From: Sphaerodactylus townsendi | Taxonomy: Eukaryota | Length of the DNA stretch: 64,000 nucleotides | Assembly (NCBI RefSeq): GCF_021028975.2 | Contig: NC_059437.1 | Location: forward strand, 53,072,001-53,136,000 | Reading direction: 5' to 3' | Part shown: positions 27,701-39,494 of the stretch, in pieces | How positions within the stretch are numbered: the first letter of the stretch is position 1 | Layout: every line of letters begins with the position of its first letter | The notes under the pieces: model-generated | Told to the model about the DNA's origin: nothing | Seen by the model: the letters and a program-made list of their open reading frames with translations, nothing else | The model's database searches: none | Made by a program: the position numbers and the translations under genes

Positions 27701-30700
27701 GTTAAAATCTCAATATTCAAGTGAGCAGGAACACCTGGGCACAGGCCTTTTACGACCCCAACACTTTCATTTGAATCGGGACCAAAAGCATCTAAGCCTG
27801 TTAGAGGGGGAAAGGGGAGAATGTTACTCTGAGAAACTGTTGGATCAGAAGTTAATATTATAGCTGATCCTCCTCTTTCTGGTGACACTGAAAATATGCT
27901 CCGGTATTCTGCTGTCTAAAGGTACAGGACATTCCTCTCTCCTTCCCTGAGGACTGGTCTGATATGCAAAAGGGAACCTTTTATTTGCAAATCTGGACCT
28001 TATATTTGTTCCAAAGACAGAAGCTGTTTTTATGCTGGCATTTATGAAGGCTGGACCAAAGTTCTCAAGTGTCCGTGCCTTCCGGCTGGCTCACAGGAGC
28101 TGAGGGAGCACAATGTTGAAGGCGGTGGAATTAACAGGATCTGTTCAGGGCGAAGGCAGGGAGTTCCAGTGTTGAACATTCCTTTATACTTTAAAAAAAG
28201 ACACCAACAAACTCCATGCGAATAGAAAATTAGCACAGCTGGGAGAAAGGGTGTGCCCTCTTATTTTGCTTTGAGGTACTGGCTTTCTATTTGCAGGGTG
28301 CTTTTAAAGTAGAGGAGGAATCTAAAAAGTGATCTTCTTCCACCTGCAATTACAAGTGCCCAAAAGTGATCTTCCACCTGCAATTAGAAGTGGTGCAGTC
28401 TGTTCGACCACTTTGAGCAGTTCCTGCCTCATGCCCTTCAGCATGAGTGAACCAGGCTCCCTTGGTTCGTAAGATCCTTGGTGGAGATAGGTTGGATGAC
28501 ATACTTTTTGTGAGGTTTTATCATATGAACATGCATTGCAGTCAGTATTGTCATGGCTAATGATGTGCAATAACATTTCACTTACATCTTTACTTCTAGG
28601 GTTACAGGGAAAGGAAATACTTTGTAGCCATTGTAAACACAGATTAATTGAGACAAGTTTTCCCAAAAATATTCTTATTATCTAAAATAACAAAGTTCTA
28701 CCCGGGAACAATCCTAAGCAGGACAACTTGGAAGTCCTGTTTTATTCACTGGGGTATACTTCCCAGAAATAATTCCTAGGACTGCATCCACGGTGAGCTT
28801 CTTTTGAACGTGACAGATGTTTATCCTTTGTTGCACTCCAGATGTTTTGCTTATTCTTAGTCCACCTTTTTCACTGAGACTCAAGATAGATTACAGAGCA
28901 AAAACAATGCAATCAGATAGAATAAGTGTTAGGATTTTATAAGTGCCTGCTTCATTCAGTCAAGCAAGAGTTAACGGTTGTAGTATGTAGTACTGAAGTC
29001 ACATGGCTAGAATCATATGAGTTTCTGGAAAGATCTCTCTCCTTCTTCCAGCAAAAACAGGAGAGGCAGACCTATAGGGACAGGCAGACTGCATAGACAC
29101 CCAGACTGAGCACTTGCATCGTATAGAGTTTACTGTCCTATATTTAGTGTAACTTAATTTTGTTATCTAGTAAAGTTCTACAAAACATCTTGCCCTATTA
29201 TTTACTCTAATAAACCAACAATAAGTCACCCAGTGGAACTGTGCTGAAACTTTCACGTATGTATTTCTGCACTCTTGATACTGTGGCTTTTACAAAGGAA
29301 ATCACAGCAGGATTCACTTCAGATCTTGCAACTGATGCTAGAAAATGCTGCTACTCACGTATGATTTCCACCCAGTCATCTGGGATGCTGGAATTGGAAT
29401 TGCCTCTTTTCCCAACCAGGCTCGCTCGCACTAAAGAATTCAGTTTGTTAGCGACATTCTCCCTGCAAAATGTGAGTGCATTATAATTGGACTTTTACAA
29501 ATGCAGTGAAGAAAATAATTTGTCTTGTCTACTTTGGCCCTAAGTAAAATGCAGAAGGTGAGGAAGGAGTTGTTTGCCAACTATTAATTAAGGAGGCAGA
29601 TTTCTTATCAGCAATGCTGGGGGCCAGAGCACCAACCTCTCTTCAAATATGCCACAAGCTAGGAAACCAAAGTTACCACAGCTCACCTTAACTGACTGCA
29701 GTTCTCCTGAAGATCAACTTCTAAAATGCATCCTGAAACCGCATCATATCCGAACAAAATGGGAGTGAAGCTTGCCGACATGCAAAGACTCTGTCCACCT
29801 TTATAAAGACATGTGCTTAAGAAATCTTTGGGTCAACTGGTTTACTTCTAGCTTGCAATTTTACACACAACATTTAATTACAATACTGCAGTGAACAATA
29901 ATGTTAGCTGAATATGACTTTGCTATTATAATGAGAGGTGTTTAATTCAGCTTTTGCTGTTCCACTTAAGAAGAGAAGAAGAAGAAGAGTTTGGATTTAT
30001 ATCCCCCCTTTCTCTCCTGCAGGAGACTCAAAGGGGCTGACAATCTCCTTCCCTTCCCCCCTCACAACAAACACCCTGTGAGGTAGGTGGGGCTGAGAGA
30101 GCTCCGAGAAGCTGTGACTAGCCCAAGGTCACCCAGCTGGCGTGTGTGGGAGTGTACAGGCTAATCTGAATTCCCCAGATAAGCCTCCACAGCTCAGGCA
30201 GCAGAGCTGGGAATCAAACCCGGTTCCTCCAGATTAGATACATGAGCTCTTAAACTCCTACGCCACTGCTGCTCCTGACCGAGCAGTCATAATGCAGTGT
30301 TACAGAGATCTAAAACAATGCTCTCATGTTAGGAAAGTTTTGAACATTCACCTTTTTTCTTCCGGATCCACTGAAGAAAGAATATATATCTATATTTTAA
30401 CTCTGCTTTATAAGTTCATTTTTAATTGTTTTAATGATGTGTATTTGTATCTGGGTAGCACTTGTAAAGGCAGAAAGGCAGGAGACAAATTTTGTAAGTA
30501 TAAAAATAAATAATTGCCTGACAAGGATGCTGATTAGCCCTGTATTCTTCATGTTACATGGATAAAAATTAATATTCCATTCATCAGCACATTTTAAAGT
30601 AACACTTAAAACCTATTTTGCTGCCAGCCACATTGCACCACCTTACCTTGACAATGCATAAGACAAAAGTTACTGTGGCACTCAAGCAAGCTTATTCTGA

Positions 30701-33700
30701 AACATACTTGACTTACATGGCAGTATTCCAATATCCGATATAAAAAATGTCATACCAGACTTCCAGAGATTCAAAGTGGTAACTGAAGAATTCAGGATTA
30801 AAGCTCTGATTGGTTTTCCAACTTGATAACCTGATTAAAAGACAAGAATATTATGTGGGATGGTGTGGATGTTCGATCCATTCCGACCAGCAGTGCTGCC
30901 ATACAGCTATATTGGGGTTCCCACACAGACACACCAGGGGTGTTCTGAATTCCAGTTAAAACTAAAGGGGGTGGTTCACACATTAACACACGAATACGAT
31001 TCAGGAATGTATGTATTTTTAATTCTTGTTTTATGGTTATTTATAGTATTATTGTATTTTATGGACTGTTGGAAGCAGCCCTCAGCCCAAAAGGGGAAGG
31101 GCAGCCTTATAGGAAATGAAATACAGGAAACAAAATACAGCAGGGAACAACTTGAAAAACAGGAGAAGCAACACATGATATTACAAAAAATCAAAAAGGG
31201 ACATGGCTGACCATCAACACGACATTTTGTTCTATATGCAAGAAATTTCACCTGGATTCCCAGAGAATTCTTCTGGGCTGGTCGCATTCATGCTCACAAA
31301 GTTTACAGTGAACCTCTGTCTCAGGGTGTCTGGTGAAAAAAAAAAGACACTGTCTATGTTTAATAAAAGGAAGGGCACTGTTTTCTGTTGCCTTTGTGAA
31401 CCAGCTACCATTGCGCAGTCAGTTGCCAACACCTGTCTAACAGCACACTTTGCAGCACTGGTACATTGTTGAACTCCCACTGATCGAATGATTCGATTGA
31501 TAATTTCAAAGCAGAATTGTGTTGGCTTTTTTTGTGGCTTGGTAAATGGCATAGTGGACACAGGATGAACAGTGCAAAGAGGTGGTTCAAATAGCTACAT
31601 TCAATCTAGGGACTGTGCTACAAACAGAACCGTGGGCTAGGATCCAAATAAGGTTTTAGGCACCTCCCAGTTTTGCTACCACAGGTCTTTGGTCAAAGCT
31701 TCTTTAGACCCCCAGCCCAAACATCTCATGAAAACCAAATCAACTGTTGCGACTGGTTCCACATGACCCTCTTGGGGGGCTACCGTAATAGAAATACAAG
31801 TGATAACCTCTGGGTCCTCACCATGTTCTTTAACACCCTATGGAATGCTCCATTTTCAATCACACTGTTCCAATAAAATGAATTTGCTAGAAAAGGAACT
31901 CCCAAAGGCACCTGGTGGGCCACTGCGAGTAGCAGAGAGCTGGACTAGATGGACTCTGGTCTGATCCAGCTGGCTTGTTCTTATGTTCTTATGTTCTTAA
32001 CTGTGTCTAACCAATGCGTAAAACATACAAAGCTACCTTCTGGGCAGACCTGTCCAAAAAGGATGGAGACGTTCACTTCTATTATTCTCCTGCCTTCCCA
32101 TATGATCGTGTAATCTTCTGCAAATGTCACATTTTTGCATTCTGAAAACAAGGAACAGTCCATATGGAATCTACAGTTTCACGCATCTGTGTATACATAT
32201 ATTGTAACATTAACCACATATTTACCACTGCCAGAACAGCTTCCATTTGTTATTTTCCTCTCGTAGGTAACGTGTGACATAATGGGATCTGATGAGAACA
32301 AAAATTGTGAATGTAAAACAAGTATTTTTTTAAAAGGCTTGCACTGAGACAACACAAATGTGCCTCATTCCAACATGGGGGGTCCCACTTATAAAAGCAA
32401 GAATCTTCTGCATAGGGGACTACGTGCAAAAATCTGTGCAGCTGCAAGTTCCAGTACAGTTTTACTTCCAGTACCAAATCAGGTGAAGAAGAATGGGGAA
32501 GATGCAAGCCCCGTTATAGCCCTCAGGAAGTCACTGACGCTCTCAGTGCTGACTGAATAGTTGACAAGTATCAGCCTTCAAGCTCTTAGCCTAAGTCAAA
32601 CCTAAATCTAGCATAATTCTCAAATCCACAAATGCAGCCAGGCCTTTTCTTATCCTGTATGGTTCCGCCCTGAGATTCAACTAAAGAACAGAGTAGGGCC
32701 ACTCCACTTTCTCCCATATCTGACGAAAACAGCTTGGACTTTCAAAAATTCACACTCCCCAAATCTTGCTGGTCTCTAAGCAAATCACTACATCTGATGG
32801 TAGTGAGTTCCACACAAGCTGTGTCCATTTTTTGCTTATGTAAGTGCCTAAGACATTTGGTGTGGTGGCAGTGCCGCATACATAAACAACAATGGCAGGT
32901 GCCTGACATCAAGAGTGTGTGCCCCAAAAGCGAAAGTGTAGGTATCTGCAAAATCACAGAACCCCTTCGAACAGTCCAAGCTCCAGATGAACAAGCCACA
33001 CAGTAGTTTTGCCCATCCAAAGCTACATACCTCCGGTGCCGCTGTTTATGACCATACTGGGAGGCAAGCGGCTACCCTCCTGGCAAGCGACCAGGCACTC
33101 GACGGCAAAATCCTGAAGGTACGCGACAGGAGCATCGGTTGCACATTGTCCAGCGAGGAACGGCTGCAATTGGATTCATTCTTTGAATTTATTTTCATTT
33201 CTTCTCCCCATCATAGAAATTCAAAGCAAACCCCCAAAGGAGCAGAGGGGTTGTTCAGAAGAGCAAAGAGGCTCTTCTTACCTGAGGAACTGCAAAATAT
33301 TCATTTTCCACTGTCATGATTGGATCCCCTTGCTTGTAGCCAGTAGCAAATCTCCCTGGGATGGTTTGAAATGGAATCTTAAATGAAGACACTTCGGAGG
33401 ATGTCCTGCAAACACATTTTCAAAACGCACTAGTGAAGGACACAAAGAGTTACTTGAGACAGATCCAGAAGCAGCAGAGCACGTGACACTGTCAACGAGG
33501 GGGGGGGGGCGACTCAATGGGGAAGACACTGCTGTTCTCATTCCCCCTCCTCCTTATCCAAACCCCTTCCCCACTTTTTAAAAAAATAAAAGCGATTTGG
33601 ATATATCCTCCACCACCAAACAGATGGGAAATACACAGCCCCTGGTAAAAAAATTTAAATGAGAGATGGAACCCCAGTAGATCATTTGGGAGCATCTGAT

Positions 33701-36700
33701 AGTGCAGAACTGCTAAAGCTTTGATATGATCGTAAACCTAAGAGGAATGAGGAAGGACACACACTCCACATTTGGAGAGGGAAGAAGGAATCACACTGCG
33801 GCTGAACAATTGACATCAAAGTAGGAACTGGGCTGTGCATGCACATTACCCCCATTCTGCAGTCATTCTGATAGTTACCAGGTTCGATTCACTGGCTATC
33901 ACATACAAAGCCTTCTTATCCACAAACACCTCCCCCATGCTCTACCACGACAGCTTCACTCATCTGAGTCAGCCCTTCTGCAGGAGCACCCCACAAATGG
34001 GCGAGATTATGAGATTACCCCCTCATGAGGCCCCTGCAATATTTTGTCGTCCCTGACAGTGCCCTATACTGGTTTCATTCTTAGGCGCTGCCAGCCCCTC
34101 CCGGCCTTAAGACCAGGTGCTACCAACATGGCTTTTAGACTGCCGTCAGTTGATTTGTTATGCTGCATACTGGATTTTAAATGTTTTTAGATGTATTTTA
34201 AGTAATTTATTGGACATGATATTGTATTGTGAACCTCCTAGAGCCCTTAGGGCAGTGGTGGCGAACCTTTGGCACTCCAGGTGTTATGGACTACAATTCC
34301 CATCAGCCCCTGCCAGCATGACCAATTGGCCATGCTGGCAGGGGCTGATGGGAATTATAGTCCGTAACATCTGGAGTGCCAAAGGTTCGCCCCCACGGCC
34401 TTAGGGGATAAGNNNNNNNNNNNNNNNNNNNNNNNNNNNNNNNNNNNNNNNNNNNNNNNNNNNNNNNNNNNNNNNNNNNNNNNNNNNNNNNNNNNNNNNN
34501 NNNNNNNNNNNNNNNNNNNNNNNNNNNNNNNNNNNNNNNNNNATTCTTATCCATTCCCTGTAGTGACCCCCACCCTATGAAATGTACTCCCTGAGGAGAT
34601 CAGGAAGGCTCCTGCAGGTCTGTCATTCTGCAAATGATGTAAGACAGAACTGTTCAAGAAAGCAATATTATAAAGGAACAGGGCTGCATTATAGCAGAAT
34701 GATTCAGGAAAGTATCTGAAAAGAGAGCGGCACTGTGGACTAATCTGTAATCTGTTTTTATCTACTCATTGCACCCTATTATCTACTCATTGCACCATAT
34801 TATCTACTCATTGCACCATATTTCTGTTCAGTCCATTTCCTGCATCAACGTGTCATGCTTAATACTTGTGCCTTGATTCAGATTCCTGAAATCCTAGATG
34901 TCTTTTCCTTCTAACTGTACCAACTTACATTAAGTAATCCTCTTTGATGTATTGTCGAAGGCTTTCACGGCCGGAATCACTTGGGTGCTGTGTGGTTTCC
35001 GGGCTGTATGGCCGTGTTCTAGCAGCATTCTCTCCTGACGTTTCGCCTGCATCTGTGGCTGGCATGATCCTCTGAAGATGCCAGCCACAGATGCAGGCGA
35101 AACGTCAGGAGAGAATGCTGCTAGAACACGGCCATACAGCCCGGAAACCACACAGCACCCAAATCCTCTTTGAGTCTCGGTGAGAAAGGATAAATGAATT
35201 AATATATAAAACATGTTTTTAAAATAATATTGCGGAAATTAAAGTTTGGTTAGGGACCAGTTCATGGACACATTTGTCCCAGACAAGCTTCCATACTTAC
35301 ATAGAACCATGATAAAAATAACCAAGAAAAGGTGTATTGTTCAGCGATGATTGCACACATAAGAAGGGAAACCAGTCAGGGGTGTTGATCCCAGTCTGGG
35401 CAGAGCACAGCTGGTCAAAAGGTGGATTGACATCCCCACCAAACACTCCAGTAAAACACGATCCACCAAACAATTTCTTCATCTCTGGGGTACATTCCTT
35501 GAAACGAAAAAAAACACGCGCAAAGGACTTACACACAACAAAACTGAGTAGAGCCTGTTGCTGATCTCAACAGAATGAGAAGCATCAGGAACGAAGCTGA
35601 CAGCTGCTTCTTGATGAAGGCAAAATGGGGCAGGCAGAATGACATTTGGCAGATGGCACTCCCTGCCTCATCATTAATAGTGTTATATATTTCTACATAT
35701 CAGTTTATTAGGTCACAATACTAACAGTTTAAGCTATTCGTGTATATAAAGGCTACGGTAGAAAAGACAGTTTTCTAATAAATTATTCCATTAACATTTC
35801 AGCAGACTTTCCTGAAGGATACTCATTTTTTTTTAAAAAAAAGATTGTGTAACAAAGCAAGCTTTAAGTTCTAAGTGTAGAATTCATACCTGGTCACAGC
35901 AGCAACGGATATCACAGGCGCCAGCGGTCAGATTACAAGGACAAGGGCCCAAGGGCTGAAACACTTGATTGGGAATTACTGTTGCATTATCTGTTTTGCA
36001 CAGAAAAGACGAACTCAGGGACTGAGATTCACTAACTCTACAGACGATCCAGTTAATCTATGAAGCAACATGGAAATAGGGGAGAGGACTATGGGATAAG
36101 TAACTCATGGGGGTAAGTGACACACAGCAAGGCAGAAGCAGGAGGAAAAGAGACAATGGGGCCTAGACTTGTGTCTCATTGCATGTCCATGTCCTTTCCA
36201 ATATCCTGATGAAGAACATCAGGTCTGACAACCCCACTTCCACAGAGTCCCCAGGCACACAGCCGTTGTGTCAAAAAAGCTCAAATAAAGCCAATGAGAT
36301 TCAAATACCAAAAGTTTCTGTTTTTCCAGTCCCATTCCCCAAGGATGCGTTGGCATAGATCTCAGCTTGGATCAACAGACGAGCCGCCACCATGGACTCC
36401 TGGCAAGCAGAAACCTGCAGAGCGACAACCAAGCAGGGTGCCTCTGTGCAACAGTCAGTGCGGTTAGGCGTGCAGAGCTGTAGATGCCGGGTCAAGTGCA
36501 CGGTCACTCTGGAGATATTCTGAAACAAGACCGTTGGATGGCTGGTTAGACATTTCCTAAGCCTGACATAGCGTGTTGGTCTCTTCCAACTCTACGATTG
36601 CTACCTGCCGAGCCTCAGATGGTGGGGGCACCTGAAGATAACTGTAGTAGTTTGGTAGGCTCATGTGAAGACAAGGCAAACAACCCAAAACTGTAACGCT

Positions 36701-39390
36701 AAGCTAAAAATTGTTTATATTTTATCCAAAGATAAACAGAACAGCAGTTACAAAAGCAACCATGTGCCGATAATATACATTACCACAGTAAACAGGAATG
36801 TGTCCCTTTAAAGTCAAAGCAAAGATCATAGGAAAATGACATAATGCTTCAAGGTGGTCATCATTGGTAAATCCCACAGCTCAGAAATGTCTGAGAAGAG
36901 TGATGGAGTCCTGAACTAGTTTGGGTCAAATAGGATACTTAAGAAGTACATGCAGCATACTTAACTTGCTGAGAGATCCCAGCATTTTACTAACCCCTTG
37001 AGACGTGACATTCAAACTCCAGTCTCCAGTCCTGTTTCTTCCACTACAGTCCTGAAGAGGCAACATTCCTAATAAAAATCAAAAGATGAATGCTTTTACA
37101 TCCATTATTTTATCTCAAGTCTTCACCCAGGTAGTAACTAGAAGATATTACCATCAGGAAAGGCTTGCATCTTTCCCACTGGGTAACCCCCTAGCATTGC
37201 TTCCCCTTAACATTTGAGTCAAGTGGGCCTGTGGAAATCCTGAAGTCAAGTGGGCCTGTGGAAATACAGCAAGATGAATGAGGGCCACTAAACTGAAGCT
37301 TAATCCAGACAAGACCTGGGTGTTGCTGGTTAATGATAAAGCTGCTTGAGGAGTAAGTCAGCCTGTTCTGGAGGGGGCTGCACTTTCCCGAAGGTGCATG
37401 GGGCCATCAATTCCACCCCTTGTCATACAGGAATACATAAACAAACCACTCCTAACCAATGGCTATCCAGCCTCTGTTTACAAACCACCAAAGAAGGCGA
37501 CTCCACCACCCTCTGACAGTGGGTGTATTCCACTGTCAAACAGCCCTTACCATCAGGAAGTTCTTCCTAATGTTTGGGTGGAATATCTTTTCCTGCACTT
37601 TGAATCCATTACTCCTTGTAGCAGCAGAATCCATTACTCTCTGTAGCAGCAGAAAACAAACTCAATTCATCTTCAACATGACATCCCTTCAAATATCGAA
37701 ACACAGTCCAAGGCCACCTGGCAGGTTTCCACAGCATAGTGGGGATTCAAACCTGGATTTCCCAGATCCTAATCTGATACTTGAACCACTACACCACTCT
37801 GGATCTCATCCACATCTTTCTACCCAGAGTTTAAGGAGCTGATTTATAATACCTTTTTTTGCAGCTGTTTGTAGCTTGTTTTTATTGTATATGGTTTTTG
37901 TACTGGAATGAGGCTTTCTAAATGCTGTATTTTAATTGATATATCCTACTGTTTTATTATTTTTATTTAGTACATTGCCTCAGACTCCTGAAGAGGCAAC
38001 GTAAAATATTCTAAATAAGTATGTAAGTGATCTCTGAGGGGGAAAAAAAGCAACATTTCCACCCCTGTTTAATAGCATGAAATCTGGGGAAAAAATGGTT
38101 TCAAAACAATCTTACCTGTTTCATTGTCTGCTACTGAAAGAGAAAAAATATTTGCAGAGCTGCCAACCAAAGAGGCAGTGACCATGGACCCCGACATGTA
38201 GATAAAGGAAGGCTGAAAACCTAAAAAGATCAAATGGATATTAGGTTTCAAACATACACCACTATAAGAAGCATATTTTGATCCTGTAATTTTTCATTTC
38301 AGCTAGAAATGGAGCCTACTCTGACTGGCAGCAATTCTCCAGTTTCTTTTCTGCTTTCACTGATGTTCTGGTTTAGGGAAATAATTGAGCAGATGAGGTA
38401 TTTCTTTTATTTTCTGTTCTGCATGACAGCTCAGGAGCCATGAACGAGGCAGAGTGCCTAATTCTGCCAGCCCACAAAGCCAAACATGCAGCAGCTACCC
38501 TAGAAGCAGGCTGATGATACCGTGTTTCCCCAAAAATAAGACAGTGTCTTATATTAATTTTTGCTCCCAAAGATGCGCTATGTCTTATTTTCAGGGGATG
38601 TCTTATTTTTCTGTGTTCTGTTCATCAGGCATGCTTCCAAACAAAAACTTTGCTATGTCTTACTTTCGGGGGATGCCTTATATTTCGCACTTCAGCAAAA
38701 CCTCTACTACGTCTTATTTTCAGGGGATGTCTTATATTCAGGGAAACAGGGTAGAAGGTGCAAGAGCAGCAGCACCTTCCCCCATGACCAAAAAGAATGA
38801 AAATTTCTGGAACAGCATATTAGATTTTAATCATAAGCACCATCGCTCCTTAACAGACTACATTCTGTCCCAAAATACCTCAAGTCATGTCATACTTATT
38901 TCTCTAAGGCAACTAAGCTAACCAAAAAGAAGGGTCCCTTCACTGAACTATTTATTTGGCCATGAGTACTGTGGATTCAAAACAAGTAGCACTCCTGGTT
39001 CGAGCAAGCATAGCATTGTCGCCTGTCCCCTCCCTGGCAGGGTTCTTGTGCCCAGTTCCCCACGTGGAGATGCAACATCGGGAGAAACTACACCTGCTGG
39101 ATTTCTGCCTGCCCCGTGGGTGTTAAAGGCATGAATTATTCTAGATGTCTGTACACGAAGCGGAGGCCGCTACCAGTTTCTCCCAGGGATACAGGCAGAA
39201 ATAAACAGGCCAGGCTTTTCCAGGCACGGAGATGTAGCGCAGGAGTACCTGCGCCTGTTGGATTTCTGCCTGTCCCACTGTTATGAAAGGCAAGAAAGGG
39301 GCGATTCCTCTGTCACCCACCGGGATTCCCATTCTGAGCCCGAGCGCCGGAGAGCACCAGCAGCCCCCAAAGGAGGTTCCTGAAGACCAT
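24744..39390 (-). CDS. TCTN2: Tectonic-2, ciliary transition-zone protein; complete, 18 coding exons, 679 aa
   Basis: Exons (minus strand): 39321-39390 (signal peptide [18 protein letters not shown]), 38116-38220, 36995-37068, 36309-36519, 35890-35990, 35301-35497, 33282-33405, 33031-33163, 32226-32288, 32037-32141, 31252-31329, 30756-30830, 29687-29798, 29359-29462, 27641-27797, 26713-26838, 25635-25723, 24744-24859. Total 2040 nt, in frame. Tectonic motifs [39 protein letters not shown] and SGNPGYQVGKP are present, plus a C-terminal TM helix. AATAAA on the minus strand at 24603-24608. Confidence 0.95.
25269..25449. mobile_element. SPIN (Space Invader)-type hAT MITE
   Basis: CAGTGGTTCTCAACCTTCCTAATGCTGCGACCCTTTAATACAGTTCCTCATGTTGTGGTGACCCC...AGGTTGAGAACCACTG matches the recalled SPIN/URR1 MITE ends; exact 8-bp TSD GTCTACTG. 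Confidence 0.85.
29969..30275 (-). mobile_element. tRNA-derived CORE-type SINE (Squam3-like); near-identical copies at 43836-44132, 51121-51433 and 52354-52563
   Basis: Pol III A/B boxes on the minus strand (TGGCGTAGGAG.., GGTTTGATTCC), a CORE-like TGGGTGACCTTGGGCTAGTCAC segment, and a (TTC)n tail. Confidence 0.75.
34253..34398. mobile_element. Palindromic hAT MITE
   Basis: TIR CAGTGGTGGCGAACCT; 8-bp TSD CCTTAGGG; same internal core as 21811-21958. Confidence 0.8.
34413..34542. other. Assembly gap (130 N)
   Basis: Run of N. Confidence 0.99.
34948..35161. mobile_element. Palindromic Penelope-like-element-derived insertion
   Basis: 85-bp perfect inverted repeat (34981-35065 / 35078-35162). 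12-bp TSD AATCCTCTTTGA at 34936-34947 and 35162-35173. The sequence resembles squamate Penelope terminal repeats. Confidence 0.75.
35068..35110 (+). ncRNA. Minimal type I hammerhead ribozyme motif (Penelope-like-element associated)
   Basis: TCCT-CTGAAGA-T-GCC(13 nt)GGC-GAAA-C-GTC-AGGA: stem I TCCT/AGGA, core CUGANGA, stem II GCC/GGC, GAAA, palindromic ACGU stem III, GUC cleavage triplet. Confidence 0.7.
38520..38751. mobile_element. Tc1/mariner-superfamily (pogo/Tc2-like) MITE
   Basis: ~24-bp imperfect TIRs CCGTGTTTCCCCAAAAATAAGACA, TA on both flanks, internal repeats of TGTCTTATTTTCAGGGGA. Confidence 0.7.
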
Positions 39391-39480
39391 AGCAGGGCAG
39401 AGCGGTCGCTAAAAGGCGCTGTAGGCCGGGAATGGGCCCGTGAGAGGCACAGCCGCCGCCATCCTGACAACAGGCTCTCA

Positions 39481-39494
39481 GTTGCTATGGAAAC
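39481..39494. promoter_or_regulatory. RFX X-box in the TCTN2 promoter / CpG-rich region
   Basis: GTTGCTATGGAAAC is a near-consensus X-box (GTTGCCATGGCAAC-type), about 90 bp upstream of the TCTN2 ATG. A GC box (~39690) and CCAAT boxes (39721-39725, 39796-39800) are nearby. Confidence 0.8.

Noticed and set aside
32880-32945. Candidate TCTN2 exon 9 ([14 protein letters not shown]...)
   Set aside because: 32226-32288 ([10 protein letters not shown]...) fits phase, length and homology better.
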